Assembly (NCBI GenBank): GCA_046758445.1
Contig: JBHIAE010000019.1
Location: 1-54,781, forward strand
Length of the DNA: 54,781 nucleotides
Reading direction: 5' to 3'
DNA from: Candidatus Thorarchaeota archaeon
GTDB taxonomy: Archaea > Asgardarchaeota > Thorarchaeia > Thorarchaeales > Thorarchaeaceae
The translations under genes were made by a program, and so were the position numbers. Position 1 is the stretch's first letter, and each line of letters starts with the position of its first letter. Below the pieces are notes generated by a model. It had not been told where the DNA came from. It did not search any database and was given only the letters and a program-made list of their open reading frames with translations. Positions 1-10,013 of the stretch are shown here, in pieces.

Positions 1-1661
1 CTCCACCTTCTTCGAAACTCGAAGAAGTAGAGTACAAACAGGATGGTGAAGATGTAGATGGGTACATTGACTATGAATTGATACGCTAACCTGAAGAGGA
101 TCATCCCCGGGGCCGGAGGCGTAACGATTGGACGCACTCTAAAGATTGTAAACCCTTCAACAACTGCGGGTGTGGGGAGTACATTCAGAATATAGTCCAT
201 TCCCGGAAGCGATATCCACGTCATAACTGAAATAGTGAGTCCAGCGGCCAATGCGAATCCTTCAAGGCCTCCCCTGATGCGGGATCTGACAAAGTGTCCG
301 ATGATTCCCAGTAACAGCATAGACGCAAATGGGATTGCAAGCATGAGAAGAATCCAGATTGCCGGGGCGATGAGGTCATAATTGTTGGTGGCTAGTAAGA
401 GCTCACTGGCCACTTGAGTGTCGACCTGTCCGGGCATGATTCTGAAATCAGGAGGCCATGGTCTCAAAGCATTTGCATAGCTTAGAGTTACCGCCATCAC
501 TGCGCCAATGAATGCTCCCGTGACAGCGATTCCGGTTGCCACTCCTGCGACACCTGTTGTCAGAGCATCGCCTTCAGCGGATTCAGGCTCGTGGCGCCTC
601 ACTCTAGCGATTCTATCAAAGGTCTTCTTGTAGAGAGAAACCGCGAAATCCTCAGTGAGAGGCAATATGATGATGGCAAAGAGGATTGGCGGTGCTGCTT
701 GTATCAAACCGTTGAAGAAGTACTGGAATACATAATCGAGTATCTGAGGCTCAGTCAAAGGAACCCAGCCGTTAGCAGGTAGCAATAGTATTGGCGCAGT
801 CAAAGCATTTGAAACACCAATCACCAGGAGGAGCAAAGACAGAAGGATGTTCAATCTGAAGAACCATCCTAGAACGCCTCTCATCATCTCTCCGCCTACG
901 TCCCGGCCACCAAGTTTCATACCAGCACCTTTGGCGAGTCTGTTTGATGCGGGATATCCGAATCTGTAGATCCATGTCAAGAATATCAGGACACCCAAAA
1001 CGTAGAGGTTGGGGACGACTTCAGGGCCGATTGGATGACCGCTTTGGTAAAGAATGTAAGGTACTATGTCCCCATTGTAAGCAAAGATGGATGGGATTAT
1101 GGTAGCCAGGCCGATGATTAGGTAGTCCTTCCAAGCATCGCGCCAAGCCCGCGACTGAACCTCCGGATCGAGGGGTTGGGGCTCCACTCCTTCGAAAGTT
1201 ATGTTGTTAAGACGGTTTCTCAAGCCGGAATAGCCATCACTCTCTGGCTCACTATCCGTGAAACGCCCAATTAGATTCTTGAACCTCATCTTCAAGGGAT
1301 CCTGGAGAGTCAACTTTAGGGCGAGTACCACCATCCCGAAGAGAACAGCGAAGAATGAAACCATCACCCAAGTCAGGTACTCCTGTAGTGTGGTTGTGAA
1401 CTGAAACATGAGGTCGGTTATGAGCATCCAGGTCAGCCCGCCTCCATCGATCCAGGGATCAAATCCTGGGATCACCGCTCCTGATTCGGGAATAGACCAT
1501 ATCCAGAATAGGAAGAAAGTGATTGTCTTGACGTACATGAGTGCAATGAAAGCTTCAATGAACTTGTTGCTCCTCTTGCTGAAGAATATCAGATAGATAA
1601 GTGTCACAATTAGCGGTGACAAGAACTCGAAAACAAGCGTCAGTAAAGTCAACTCAGCCAT
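1..1661 (-). CDS. Large polytopic membrane protein of unknown function (partial, runs off the left edge)
   Basis: Not in the ORF track because there is no stop in the window. My translation from ATG 1661 (MAELTLLTLVFEFLSPLIVTLIYLIFFSKRSNKF...) stays open to position 1, with many hydrophobic segments. GAGGTG-like RBS and T-rich TATA-like element upstream. Confidence 0.8.
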   Translation of the reverse strand, partial: MAELTLLTLVFEFLSPLIVTLIYLIFFSKRSNKFIEAFIALMYVKTITFFLFWIWSIPESGAVIPGFDPWIDGGGLTWMLITDLMFQFTTTLQEYLTWVMVSFFAVLFGMVVLALKLTLQDPLKMRFKNLIGRFTDSEPESDGYSGLRNRLNNITFEGVEPQPLDPEVQSRAWRDAWKDYLIIGLATIIPSIFAYNGDIVPYILYQSGHPIGPEVVPNLYVLGVLIFLTWIYRFGYPASNRLAKGAGMKLGGRDVGGEMMRGVLGWFFRLNILLSLLLLVIGVSNALTAPILLLPANGWVPLTEPQILDYVFQYFFNGLIQAAPPILFAIIILPLTEDFAVSLYKKTFDRIARVRRHEPESAEGDALTTGVAGVATGIAVTGAFIGAVMAVTLSYANALRPWPPDFRIMPGQVDTQVASELLLATNNYDLIAPAIWILLMLAIPFASMLLLGIIGHFVRSRIRGGLEGFALAAGLTISVMTWISLPGMDYILNVLPTPAVVEGFTIFRVRPIVTPPAPGMILFRLAYQFIVNVPIYIFTILFVLYFFEFRRRW

Positions 1662-1819
1662 GACGCAGCACCTCGCCTCACTATAGACCTGATACAGAAT
1701 TGGCCCCATAAAAAAAGGTTCGTCAGACAGACCGGAAGCTACAGCTCTCTATGGCCAGATTTATATGTCAAAGGTAACTATCGTGAAGACTGGCAACTCA
1801 TCCACGTTATGAGGAGAGT

Positions 1820-2350
1820 ATGATGGAGATCAGTAAAGAACTAGAGGAAATGATTAATGACCAGCTCAACTTCGAGCTCTACAGTGCCCACATCTATCTG
1901 GCTATGGCTGCCTACTTTGAGGAGAAGAACCTTGGCGGAATGGCCCATTGGATGGAGGTCCAAGTCGATGAGGAGTATGCTCATGCCATCCGCTTTTACC
2001 GACACATCGTTGAACGGGGCGGAAGAGTGGTGTTGAACGAGATTCCTGCCCCTCAGAAGGAGTGGAGCTCACCTCTCGATGCCTGGGAAACAGCATACAA
2101 CCATGAGCAGTTGGTCACATCGCGCATCTACAAGATCGGGGACCTTGCCGCACAGCAGGGAGACAGAGCAGCGCAGAGTATGCTCAATTGGTTCTACGAT
2201 GAGCAGGTTGAGGAAGAAAAGAGCACGATGGAAGTACGTGACAAACTGAAGCTCATCGGCGACTCAATAGCAGCGCTTCTACAGCTTGATGCTGAGCTGG
2301 GTGCAAGGCCGCCAGCCGGACCAACCCCAGTTGAATCCACAGCCCAGTAG
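1820..2350 (+). CDS. ftnA: Non-heme ferritin
   Basis: Ferroxidase-centre pattern E(LYSAHIY)...EEYAHA...HEQLVT...EQVEEE; 176 aa; GAGGAG RBS; TTTATA box near 1759. Confidence 0.95.
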   Translation: MMEISKELEEMINDQLNFELYSAHIYLAMAAYFEEKNLGGMAHWMEVQVDEEYAHAIRFYRHIVERGGRVVLNEIPAPQKEWSSPLDAWETAYNHEQLVTSRIYKIGDLAAQQGDRAAQSMLNWFYDEQVEEEKSTMEVRDKLKLIGDSIAALLQLDAELGARPPAGPTPVESTAQ

Positions 2351-2483
2351 ATTTTGCGGTTCATCTGTCCAAGCAGCGTTCTGGTTCGAAGATGAAGACT
2401 CGGACCAGACCACTCTGTGCTTTTCTTGATTAGCAGACTACTTATGTCAGGTCTGCACCCAACAGGCGGGGTGAAACAGACAC

Positions 2484-4475
2484 TTGCTACCAGACGATTT
2501 GGTCGTGGCTGTGAATGCAAAAGTTTCCGGAAGTCGCGCTTTCGACTATGTTGACTCTATCTCGAAGTACCACAGAATCCAAGCTAGTCCGGGGCTTCAC
2601 GCAGCAATACTCCATCTGAAAGAGGAGATTGCCAAGGTTTCAAAGGCAAAGACAAAGACATTCGAATATCCTGCCGATGGAAAGTCTCAGATAGAATCGT
2701 GGACGGCTCCGTTTGGTTGGTCACCGACATCAGGTACGCTCGAGCTTCTAGAGCCAGAGCAAGGAGTGTTGGCGGACTTTCACGCTGAACCCATTTCTTT
2801 GATCGCACACTCGCAATCTGCCGATATGGAGTACGAGGTGGTCTATGTTGGAGAGGCCCTAAGCCCCAAGGACCTCGAAGGGAAAGACATCGCTGGCAAG
2901 GTCGTCCTTACAGATCACCTTGCAAGAATCGCCTACAGGCCTCTTTGCGTGCACGGAGCTGCGGCTGGTATGTTGACCTACGTGCCTCCATCAGGCGTTG
3001 ATGAGATAGCCCACCTTAGAAGATACGATGCCTTCTGGCCAGCCCCAGGAGAGGACAAGACATCCTGTTTCGGTTTCTCACTGAGACAGGCAGATGGCCT
3101 CAAGATGAAGAAGTGGCTCGAGGAAGGGAAGGTGGTCCGAGTCAAAGCAAGTGTCAACGCCAAACTGGGCACTGGAAAGGTGGAAGCTCTCTCTGCCCTC
3201 ATAGAGGGGAAAGACACTTCGAAGGAGTTCTGGCTCTTTGCCCACGTGTGTCACCCGCACCCTGGAGCTAATGACAACGCTTCTGGCAGCGGTGCCCTCA
3301 TGGAAGCATTGAGGGTCATTTCATCTCTAATTGACGAGGAGATAATGGAGAAACCAGAACACTCGATTAGGTTTGTCTGGCTTCCGGAGTGGTCTGGTAC
3401 TCTCCCGTTCATTCACAACGAGAAGACTTTGGTTGAAAGATGTCTGGGCATGCTCAACTTGGACATGGTGGGTGCAGACCCTGCAAAGGCAGGTTCGGTT
3501 CTTCACCTATTCAGGACCCCATATTCTCTTCCCACGACTCTCAATAACGTAGTCAGGTATTGGGCAGAAACTGAAGGGAAGCCGCAGCCTGACAGGGTTT
3601 CAGGAGGAACAATGAGCCCGTTACCTTTCTCCTACGATGTCTACTCAGCTGGCAGTGACCACTATATGTTAACAGACAGTACCGTAGGCATTCCTTCAGT
3701 GATGTTGAATCAACACCCTGACAGGTTCTATCACACGTCAACAGATACAATCGACAAGATCGACTCGCGGCAAATGGCCTATGCAACAAGGATTGCGGTC
3801 TTGTCCGCCCTATCATATGTTCTACCCAAGCAAGTCTGTAAGGAGTTGCTGATGACACTATGTCGGGATGAAACTATTGAGATGATGCATCGCGTGTCAC
3901 ATGATGGGGTATGTGAGCTCTCAAAATGCCTCGGAAATCCAGAGGAGATCTACCCGAGAGTCTTGAGATGGCTCGGCCTAGCTCACGATCTCGGACAAGC
4001 AACACTTGACAAGGCTGCAGCTGAATGGTCCCTGATATCTGAGCAAGAATCACTCCGGGAGGCCTTGAAGACCAGTCTTGAGATGGGCTACACTACAGAA
4101 ATGGTTGTGGCACGGAAGGCCTACGAAGGAGCATGTGCAGAGGTAGGTCTTGAAGCGCAGAAGGACGATCAGATTGACATTGATACCTTGTCCATCGGTA
4201 TCGAGGTCCGGCGGACCATGAAGTACCCCTTGGCCCCTGGTGCTATGATGATGAAACTCCCCGAACGAGTTCCTGATTATATCAAACTCAGAGAAAAGAT
4301 GAGGAACATCTTTGAGAGAATTGATGAGATACTGAACCTCTCAAACGAATGGGAGAGTCTGGACAGCATCTATGACGCACTTTGCTTCCAGTTCGGAAAC
4401 TTCGAAGCAAGGGTACTCTTGGACATAGTCAAGGACATGACAAAAGCTGGTTTCTTAGAGTCAAGAGAAACCTAA
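2484..4475 (+). CDS. M28 family Zn aminopeptidase with PA domain (DUF4910-like)
   Basis: AHVCHP, GANDNASG, PEWSG, NLDMVG, GSDH and YHTSTD motifs. Confidence 0.85.
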   Translation: MLPDDLVVAVNAKVSGSRAFDYVDSISKYHRIQASPGLHAAILHLKEEIAKVSKAKTKTFEYPADGKSQIESWTAPFGWSPTSGTLELLEPEQGVLADFHAEPISLIAHSQSADMEYEVVYVGEALSPKDLEGKDIAGKVVLTDHLARIAYRPLCVHGAAAGMLTYVPPSGVDEIAHLRRYDAFWPAPGEDKTSCFGFSLRQADGLKMKKWLEEGKVVRVKASVNAKLGTGKVEALSALIEGKDTSKEFWLFAHVCHPHPGANDNASGSGALMEALRVISSLIDEEIMEKPEHSIRFVWLPEWSGTLPFIHNEKTLVERCLGMLNLDMVGADPAKAGSVLHLFRTPYSLPTTLNNVVRYWAETEGKPQPDRVSGGTMSPLPFSYDVYSAGSDHYMLTDSTVGIPSVMLNQHPDRFYHTSTDTIDKIDSRQMAYATRIAVLSALSYVLPKQVCKELLMTLCRDETIEMMHRVSHDGVCELSKCLGNPEEIYPRVLRWLGLAHDLGQATLDKAAAEWSLISEQESLREALKTSLEMGYTTEMVVARKAYEGACAEVGLEAQKDDQIDIDTLSIGIEVRRTMKYPLAPGAMMMKLPERVPDYIKLREKMRNIFERIDEILNLSNEWESLDSIYDALCFQFGNFEARVLLDIVKDMTKAGFLESRET

Positions 4476-4593
4476 ACGTACATCGATTCACTGAAGACTG
4501 CGATGACCTGTATGGCTGGAGGAGCATATCCGCAATAGCCAAGTATCAGTCCTACCTGTTGTTGAAAGGAGATGTCGCTAGGGGTGTGTTGAG

Positions 4594-5079
4594 TTGTCAG
4601 AAAACTGGCTCTATCGAATGGTCGTGTTTGCAGGAACCTTCGATCACCTACATGAAGGACACAAGCACCTGCTCCGTACGGCACTGCGGCTAGGCAAGGA
4701 AGTGGCTATCGGACTAACAAGCGATTCCATGCTTGAACAAACCCTGAAGGGGGAAGTTGTCCAGCCCTACGAGAAACGTTACGGGGAGCTAGAGGACTTT
4801 CTCAAGGCTGAACGCAGCATAGACAGATGTTCCATATTCCCAATAGACACCATCGAAGGCGGCGCTGACAAGATGGAAGACCTTGAAGCTCTTGTTGTGT
4901 CGGATGAGATATCTGTAGTCCAGAATGCGTTTGACATCAATGAGAAGAGAACAAAGAATGGGTTACGTCGGTTTCACATCATAATTGTTCCCAGAGTGAG
5001 AACGCCTGACGGGAGACCCCTCTCTTCGTCAAGGATTCGTGAGGGTGAAACATTCGATTCAGCCAATCTCGTATACTAG
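4594..5079 (+). CDS. coaD: Phosphopantetheine adenylyltransferase, archaeal/eukaryotic type
   Basis: GTFDHLHEGH (HxGH), GLTSD, ALVVS and terminal LSSSRIR motifs. Start may be ATG 4618. Confidence 0.88.
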   Translation: MSENWLYRMVVFAGTFDHLHEGHKHLLRTALRLGKEVAIGLTSDSMLEQTLKGEVVQPYEKRYGELEDFLKAERSIDRCSIFPIDTIEGGADKMEDLEALVVSDEISVVQNAFDINEKRTKNGLRRFHIIIVPRVRTPDGRPLSSSRIREGETFDSANLVY

Positions 5080-6359
5080 CCTTCCATTGCACTATATGGT
5101 AGTGCTTTTACATATCGTTTTTTGAACTCGGGATTTCCAGCTAGCTCAACGTAGTTTATCTTGCTACACATGGTTTCAACTGTGTGCTTTAACAGGGATC
5201 TGCAGAGGAGATTATCTGCTCCCATTATCGCACCGCCTCTTACCTTCTGAAGCTTCGTATTCTCGAACATAGGGAAGAGTCCGATGCGATAGGCATCCAG
5301 AATATCGATTCCCATGCCAAACGCCCCAGTCAAGAACACTCGCTCTACGTCCGAGGGGTCTAGATTAGCCTTAGCGAGGAGCAGAGTCACTGCCGAGAAG
5401 ATTGAAGCCTTGGATTGTTGTACCATTCTCAAGTCCATCTGTGAGAGATAGATTCCCTTGGAGGAAGCAGAATGTTCAGCTTCTGCAAGAACATAGTAGA
5501 AGAGGCTCTCTTTCCTTCGCAGCCAGGCACACTGAATCTCCCGATTGATTGATCCATTAGTTGTGAGGAGTCCTGAGTCCAGAAGTGCAGCGACTGACGA
5601 AATAGCACCAGAGCCGCACACCCCTTTCGGCCGTCTGCCTCCGATGACTTTGATGTCCGGACTTAGGTCAGGCCTGATACGGACACGTTCGATGGCCCCT
5701 TCTTCTGCGAGCATGCCACAAGCGAGCGACATACCCTCGAAGGCTGGCCCAGAAGCTGCAGATGCAAGCCAAACTTCTCTATCATCACAGACTGCAATCT
5801 CTGTATTCGTACCTACATCAATTGATACCATTCTCTCGTCTGATTCATGTGCGCCAGAGGCTAGCAGCAACATTAGCGCATCTGGACCGACAAAGGACTC
5901 TACAATAGGAGGAGAATACAAGTATGCCATTTCCAACGGCAGTCCCAATGCTGACGCAGTTGTAGAGATCGGATCTTTCTCTAATACAGTGTAAGGTGTC
6001 TTCGTCAATGGTACTGTGGACAGACCATGGAAGAGATGGTGCATCACTGTGTTGCCAACAACTACAACTTCGCCGATGGAGTCTGATGTCAACTCGGACA
6101 ACTGAAGGATGTCATGAACGCCTTCTGCAATGGCCTGCCTAACGATCTTAGCCATCTCAATGCTGTTTGACCCACTCTTCACCGCGTGCGCGATCCTTGT
6201 GATGACATCAAGACCAATTCGGTTCTGAGGGTTTGGAATCAGTCGTTCCTCGACAACTTGACACTCCGGGGTATTCACCAGATGGAGCGTTATTTGTGAT
6301 GTTCCTATGTCAATAGAGATGCCATAGTCCTGCGACCTGGTTGCCTTCGGGGCGCTCAT
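5076..6359 (-). CDS. ASKHA-type ATPase, RACo/DUF4445 family (reductive activator of corrinoid proteins-like), without an Fe-S domain
   Basis: IDIGTS, GLDVITRI, VGNTVMHHLF, IDVGTNTEI, AASGPAFEG, GVCGSG and LTGAFG motifs. Confidence 0.88.
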   Translation of the reverse strand: MSAPKATRSQDYGISIDIGTSQITLHLVNTPECQVVEERLIPNPQNRIGLDVITRIAHAVKSGSNSIEMAKIVRQAIAEGVHDILQLSELTSDSIGEVVVVGNTVMHHLFHGLSTVPLTKTPYTVLEKDPISTTASALGLPLEMAYLYSPPIVESFVGPDALMLLLASGAHESDERMVSIDVGTNTEIAVCDDREVWLASAASGPAFEGMSLACGMLAEEGAIERVRIRPDLSPDIKVIGGRRPKGVCGSGAISSVAALLDSGLLTTNGSINREIQCAWLRRKESLFYYVLAEAEHSASSKGIYLSQMDLRMVQQSKASIFSAVTLLLAKANLDPSDVERVFLTGAFGMGIDILDAYRIGLFPMFENTKLQKVRGGAIMGADNLLCRSLLKHTVETMCSKINYVELAGNPEFKKRYVKALPYSAMEG

Positions 6360-6805
6360 CTGACAATCATCACGGGACAGGGAGCCTGATTCATTACCTT
6401 ATCACTTATCGAGCCAACAAACAGTCGCTTTATGCCGCTTACTCCTCTCGACCCCATTATGATGAGGTCAACCTCTCTCTCGCATGCGATATCCACAATC
6501 TTGTTGGCGGGGTCTCCATGAGATATCAGCTCTGTGACTTCACAATTCATACTCACGGCAATACTCTTCGCCTTTGCGAGAATGTCCTCTCCTACCTTCT
6601 GCAGAGCTAGAAAGGGTTGGTCCGAAACAGTGTCATGATAGGGTGTGGCAGACACTAACATCGGAACAACGTGAAGCAGCACAACTTCAGCGCCGAGGGA
6701 CGGTCCCATAGCACACGCGTATCGAACAGCCTTGTCGGAGAACTCCGAACCGTCAACAGCGACGAGCAGACTCTTGATATTCACCGGCTCTGGGGATTCA
6801 CTCAT
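6356..6805 (-). CDS. Universal stress protein (UspA family)
   Basis: LLVAVDGS...DLIIMGSRG...GSISDKV...APCPVMIV; ATGA overlap with the downstream gene. Confidence 0.95.
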   Translation of the reverse strand: MSESPEPVNIKSLLVAVDGSEFSDKAVRYACAMGPSLGAEVVLLHVVPMLVSATPYHDTVSDQPFLALQKVGEDILAKAKSIAVSMNCEVTELISHGDPANKIVDIACEREVDLIIMGSRGVSGIKRLFVGSISDKVMNQAPCPVMIVR

Positions 6806-6909
6806 TTGACTCCCTCTCTTTGACTCAGGTGGGCTGCAGACCTTATCTCTCTTTCCCCGAATTTACATCTGGCTGCAACCAAACGAGGTACTCACTGGCC
6901 AGTAGGCGC

Positions 6910-8418
6910 CTACCCTAATGACGAGAACTCAATCTCCTTCCGCACGAGACCTCTCAGCACGCCCACAATCTCATCCATTCTTACTCTTACCTGAGTCATG
7001 CTATCTCGATCGCGGACTGTTGCTGTCTGATTCTCGAGAGTTTCATAGTCTACAGTCACACAGAATGGAGTGCCGATCTCATCTTGTCTCCTGTACCTTC
7101 GCCCAATCGAACCACTCTGATCGAAGTAGGTGATTAGACCGCTCTCTAGAATCTCATCGAATATCTTACGGGCTGGTTCCACCAGCTCAGGTTTCCCCAT
7201 GAGCGGGAATACAGAAACCTGAATCGGTGCTATCTGCGGTGGAAACTTGAGCCAGGAGCGTTCTTCGTCCTCAACGTACGAATTGTCAATGATACAGTAG
7301 AGGGGCCTCTCAACACCGAAGGCAATCTCAAGGACCTCTGGCACTACGGGTTGCTTGTTGACCTTCACACTCAGCTTCTCCTTCGAGAACTCTTGATGAC
7401 GGGTCAAATCGTAGTTGCCGCGATCATGTACTCCGCAACACTCAACCCATCCATAGCTTCGAGTAAGTACCTCGACGTCCCATGCATCGGCGGCGTAGTG
7501 GGCCCTCTCTGTTGATAGATGTTGTCTGAGCCTGATTACTTCTTCAACAAAGCCCATCTCTCGGAATATCGTGTAAGTGAGGTGAACACACCACGCGTAG
7601 GCAGGCTGCTGGAAATACCCTTTCTTGATGGCATCGGACATCTTGACCATTGAAACCTTCTCACTTCCCTTCTCCTGAACCTGAATGGGCAGAAGAGGGA
7701 CCTTCTCATCTTGAATCTCCTCAAAAGCCGGCCACTCATGTTCGTCACTCTCAAGGAGGAATATCTGACCCTCCACCTGTGTGAACTCCCGCAGCCTCAG
7801 CATCCCTTGGCGCGGAGAGATCTCATTTCTGTAGGCCTTCCCAATCTGAAACACTGAGGCAGGCAGCTTGTCCCGAAAGAAGGTGAGAAATCGTTTGAAC
7901 AATAAGTAAGTGCCCGTTGCAGTTTCAGGACGCATGTAGGCGTCTTGGTCGAAGCCAAGTCGAGTCTTCAACATAAGGTTGTAGTGTGTTACAGGACCCA
8001 ACTCGCCCTTGCACGATGGACAGACCACTCCGAGCTCTTTGATGGTCTTCGTCAGTTCTTCTGGAGATTGCCCCCTGATGTCGGCGTCCGGGAATTGTTC
8101 CTCAATCAGAGTGTCTGCTCTATACACCTGCTCGCACTTTGTGCACTGTACTACGGGGTCCATGAAACCGTCAAGATGTCCAGAGGCCTTCCACACAATA
8201 GATGGAGAAACAGTGGGACACTCAACCTCCCAGAAACTCGCTCTCACGAAGGATGAGCGAATGCGGTCTTCAAGTCTGTTCTTCAAAAGCTTCCCGAGTG
8301 GACCTAGATCATAGAAGCCTGAACTGCCCCCATATATCTCAGGTGATGGACCCCAGAAGAAGCCTCTCTTCTTGCACAGACCTGTGATGATTTCGCCAAA
8401 GTCTCTCTCGGGACTCAT
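6910..8418 (-). CDS. glyS: Glycine--tRNA ligase (alpha2, archaeal/eukaryotic type)
   Basis: YMRPETATG, FQIGKAYRNEISPRQGMLRLREFTQ and GSIGRRYRRQDEIGTPFCVTVD. Start moved to ATG 8418 (track gives 8472). Confidence 0.96.
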   Translation of the reverse strand: MSPERDFGEIITGLCKKRGFFWGPSPEIYGGSSGFYDLGPLGKLLKNRLEDRIRSSFVRASFWEVECPTVSPSIVWKASGHLDGFMDPVVQCTKCEQVYRADTLIEEQFPDADIRGQSPEELTKTIKELGVVCPSCKGELGPVTHYNLMLKTRLGFDQDAYMRPETATGTYLLFKRFLTFFRDKLPASVFQIGKAYRNEISPRQGMLRLREFTQVEGQIFLLESDEHEWPAFEEIQDEKVPLLPIQVQEKGSEKVSMVKMSDAIKKGYFQQPAYAWCVHLTYTIFREMGFVEEVIRLRQHLSTERAHYAADAWDVEVLTRSYGWVECCGVHDRGNYDLTRHQEFSKEKLSVKVNKQPVVPEVLEIAFGVERPLYCIIDNSYVEDEERSWLKFPPQIAPIQVSVFPLMGKPELVEPARKIFDEILESGLITYFDQSGSIGRRYRRQDEIGTPFCVTVDYETLENQTATVRDRDSMTQVRVRMDEIVGVLRGLVRKEIEFSSLG

Positions 8419-8484
8419 TAGACACGACCAACCAGCACGCTTGAGTGCACTCGACTTAAACCTATGGTACAACAGCTAGTTCAT

Positions 8485-8496
8485 ACCACCGGTGGT
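8485..8496. promoter_or_regulatory. Perfect 12-bp palindrome ACCACCGGTGGT in the divergent glyS/hmgA promoter region
   Basis: Palindrome read directly; lies between the two TATA-like elements (about 8455-8460 and 8511-8516). Regulatory role is inferred. Confidence 0.35.
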
Positions 8497-8534
8497 TTCA
8501 TTGGGCATCCTTTTTATGGTATACGACTTACGGC

Positions 8535-9818
8535 ATGAAGGAGGGTGCAACCTTGGTCGAGGACTCCCGAATTCCCGGTTTCTACAAGCTCGCTAGAGAA
8601 GAGCGTATGAAGAAAATCCAAGAAGTGACTGGCGTACCCGAATCCGAGCTGAAGCCTCTCTTCGACCCCGGGTCAGTTGACATGGAGATCTTGGACCACA
8701 TGATTGAGAATGTCATCGGATCCATGACATTGCCACTTGGCATTGCTACAAACTTCAGAATCAACGATAAGGACTACCTTATTCCAATGGCTCTGGAGGA
8801 GCCATCTGTTGTAGCAGCTGCAAGCAATGCTGCTAGGATGGCAAGAGAACATGGAGGCTTCACAGCAGAAGACACAGGTCCAGTGATGATTGGTCAAATC
8901 CAAGCAATTGAGGTGCCAGAGCCCTTCGACGCGAAAGAGAGAATCATGGAGGCCAAGGATGACCTGATTGAACTTGCCAATGAGCAGGACCCCATCCTTG
9001 TGAGATTCGGGGGAGGGGCAAGAGACCTTCGAGTTAGAGTGATTGACACAAAGGTTGGCCCGATGGTAATCACGGAGTTGATTGTTGACACGAGGGACGC
9101 CATGGGAGCAAACGCCGTTAACACGATGGCTGAGGCCCTCGCACCAAGGATTGAGAAAATCTCCGGTGGCAAAGTACTTCTTCGAATACTCTCGAATCTG
9201 GCGGACCTGAGACTCGTCAATGTCACAGCCACGTTCGACAAGGACCTTCTTGGGGGCGATGAGGTAGTAGACGGAGTAGTTGCGGCGTGGGCTTTTGCAG
9301 AGGCAGACCCATACAGATGTGCAACTCACAACAAGGGAATAATGAATGGAATTGACGCTGTCGTGATTGCCACTGGGAACGACTTCCGGGCTATTGAGGC
9401 CGGTGCTCACAGCTATGCTGCAGTGAACGGTTACAGTTCACTCACCAAATATGAGAAAGAAGAAGGTGGCCATTTGGTTGGAAGTATTGAGATACCGATG
9501 GCGGTGGGGCTCATAGGAGGGGCAACAAAGATTCACCCGGTGGCCCGGGCGTGTGTGCAGATACTGGGGGTTAAAACTGCTACAGAGCTTGGACAGGTCA
9601 TTGCCAGTGTTGGACTAGCTCAGAATCTTGCGGCTCTAAGGGCCTTGGCCTCAGAAGGAATTCAGAAGGGGCATATGTCGCTGCATGCTCGCAACGTTGC
9701 GGCTACAGCCGGAGCAAGAGGCGAGATACTAGAGAAGATTGCCGAGCAGCTTGTAAAAGAGAAGAACATCAAGGTCGAACGAGCGAAGGAACTGCTTGAT
9801 GAGCTTGGATCGAAGTAG
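8535..9818 (+). CDS. hmgA: Hydroxymethylglutaryl-CoA reductase, class II (bacterial/degradative type)
   Basis: ENVIG, EEPSVVAAAS, DAMGAN, ATHNKGIMNG, GNDFRAIEAGAH and GIQKGHMSLH motifs. Confidence 0.95.
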   Translation: MKEGATLVEDSRIPGFYKLAREERMKKIQEVTGVPESELKPLFDPGSVDMEILDHMIENVIGSMTLPLGIATNFRINDKDYLIPMALEEPSVVAAASNAARMAREHGGFTAEDTGPVMIGQIQAIEVPEPFDAKERIMEAKDDLIELANEQDPILVRFGGGARDLRVRVIDTKVGPMVITELIVDTRDAMGANAVNTMAEALAPRIEKISGGKVLLRILSNLADLRLVNVTATFDKDLLGGDEVVDGVVAAWAFAEADPYRCATHNKGIMNGIDAVVIATGNDFRAIEAGAHSYAAVNGYSSLTKYEKEEGGHLVGSIEIPMAVGLIGGATKIHPVARACVQILGVKTATELGQVIASVGLAQNLAALRALASEGIQKGHMSLHARNVAATAGARGEILEKIAEQLVKEKNIKVERAKELLDELGSK

Positions 9819-10013
9819 CGAGAGACAATCACATCTGCAATGTGATCACGCAACTCCGGATTCTTATAGAGCTTCTAGCATAGATGATTCATGAATTGTG
9901 TTGCATTCATCTATCAGAACAACATATTTGAGTGACACAAATACTCGTTACGCATCCCGCACGGGAACTGTAGAGTACACTCCATTTGAGTCACCACAAG
10001 GGTCGAGATAGCT

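Noticed and set aside
591-1596. Short ORFs 591..782, 772..975 and 1408..1596
   Set aside because: Antisense or out-of-frame shadows of the long minus-strand membrane protein gene.
8673-9410. 245-aa minus-strand ORF
   Set aside because: Antisense shadow of hmgA with no protein-like motifs. The same applies to the many 60-170 aa ORFs nested in recognised genes.
9828-9966. Several short inverted repeats upstream of the SNAP-like gene (ATCACAT/ATGTGAT, ATAGATGA/TCATCTAT, TCCCG/CGGGA)
   Set aside because: Stems of 5-8 bp can arise by chance; no recognisable riboswitch or ncRNA motif.
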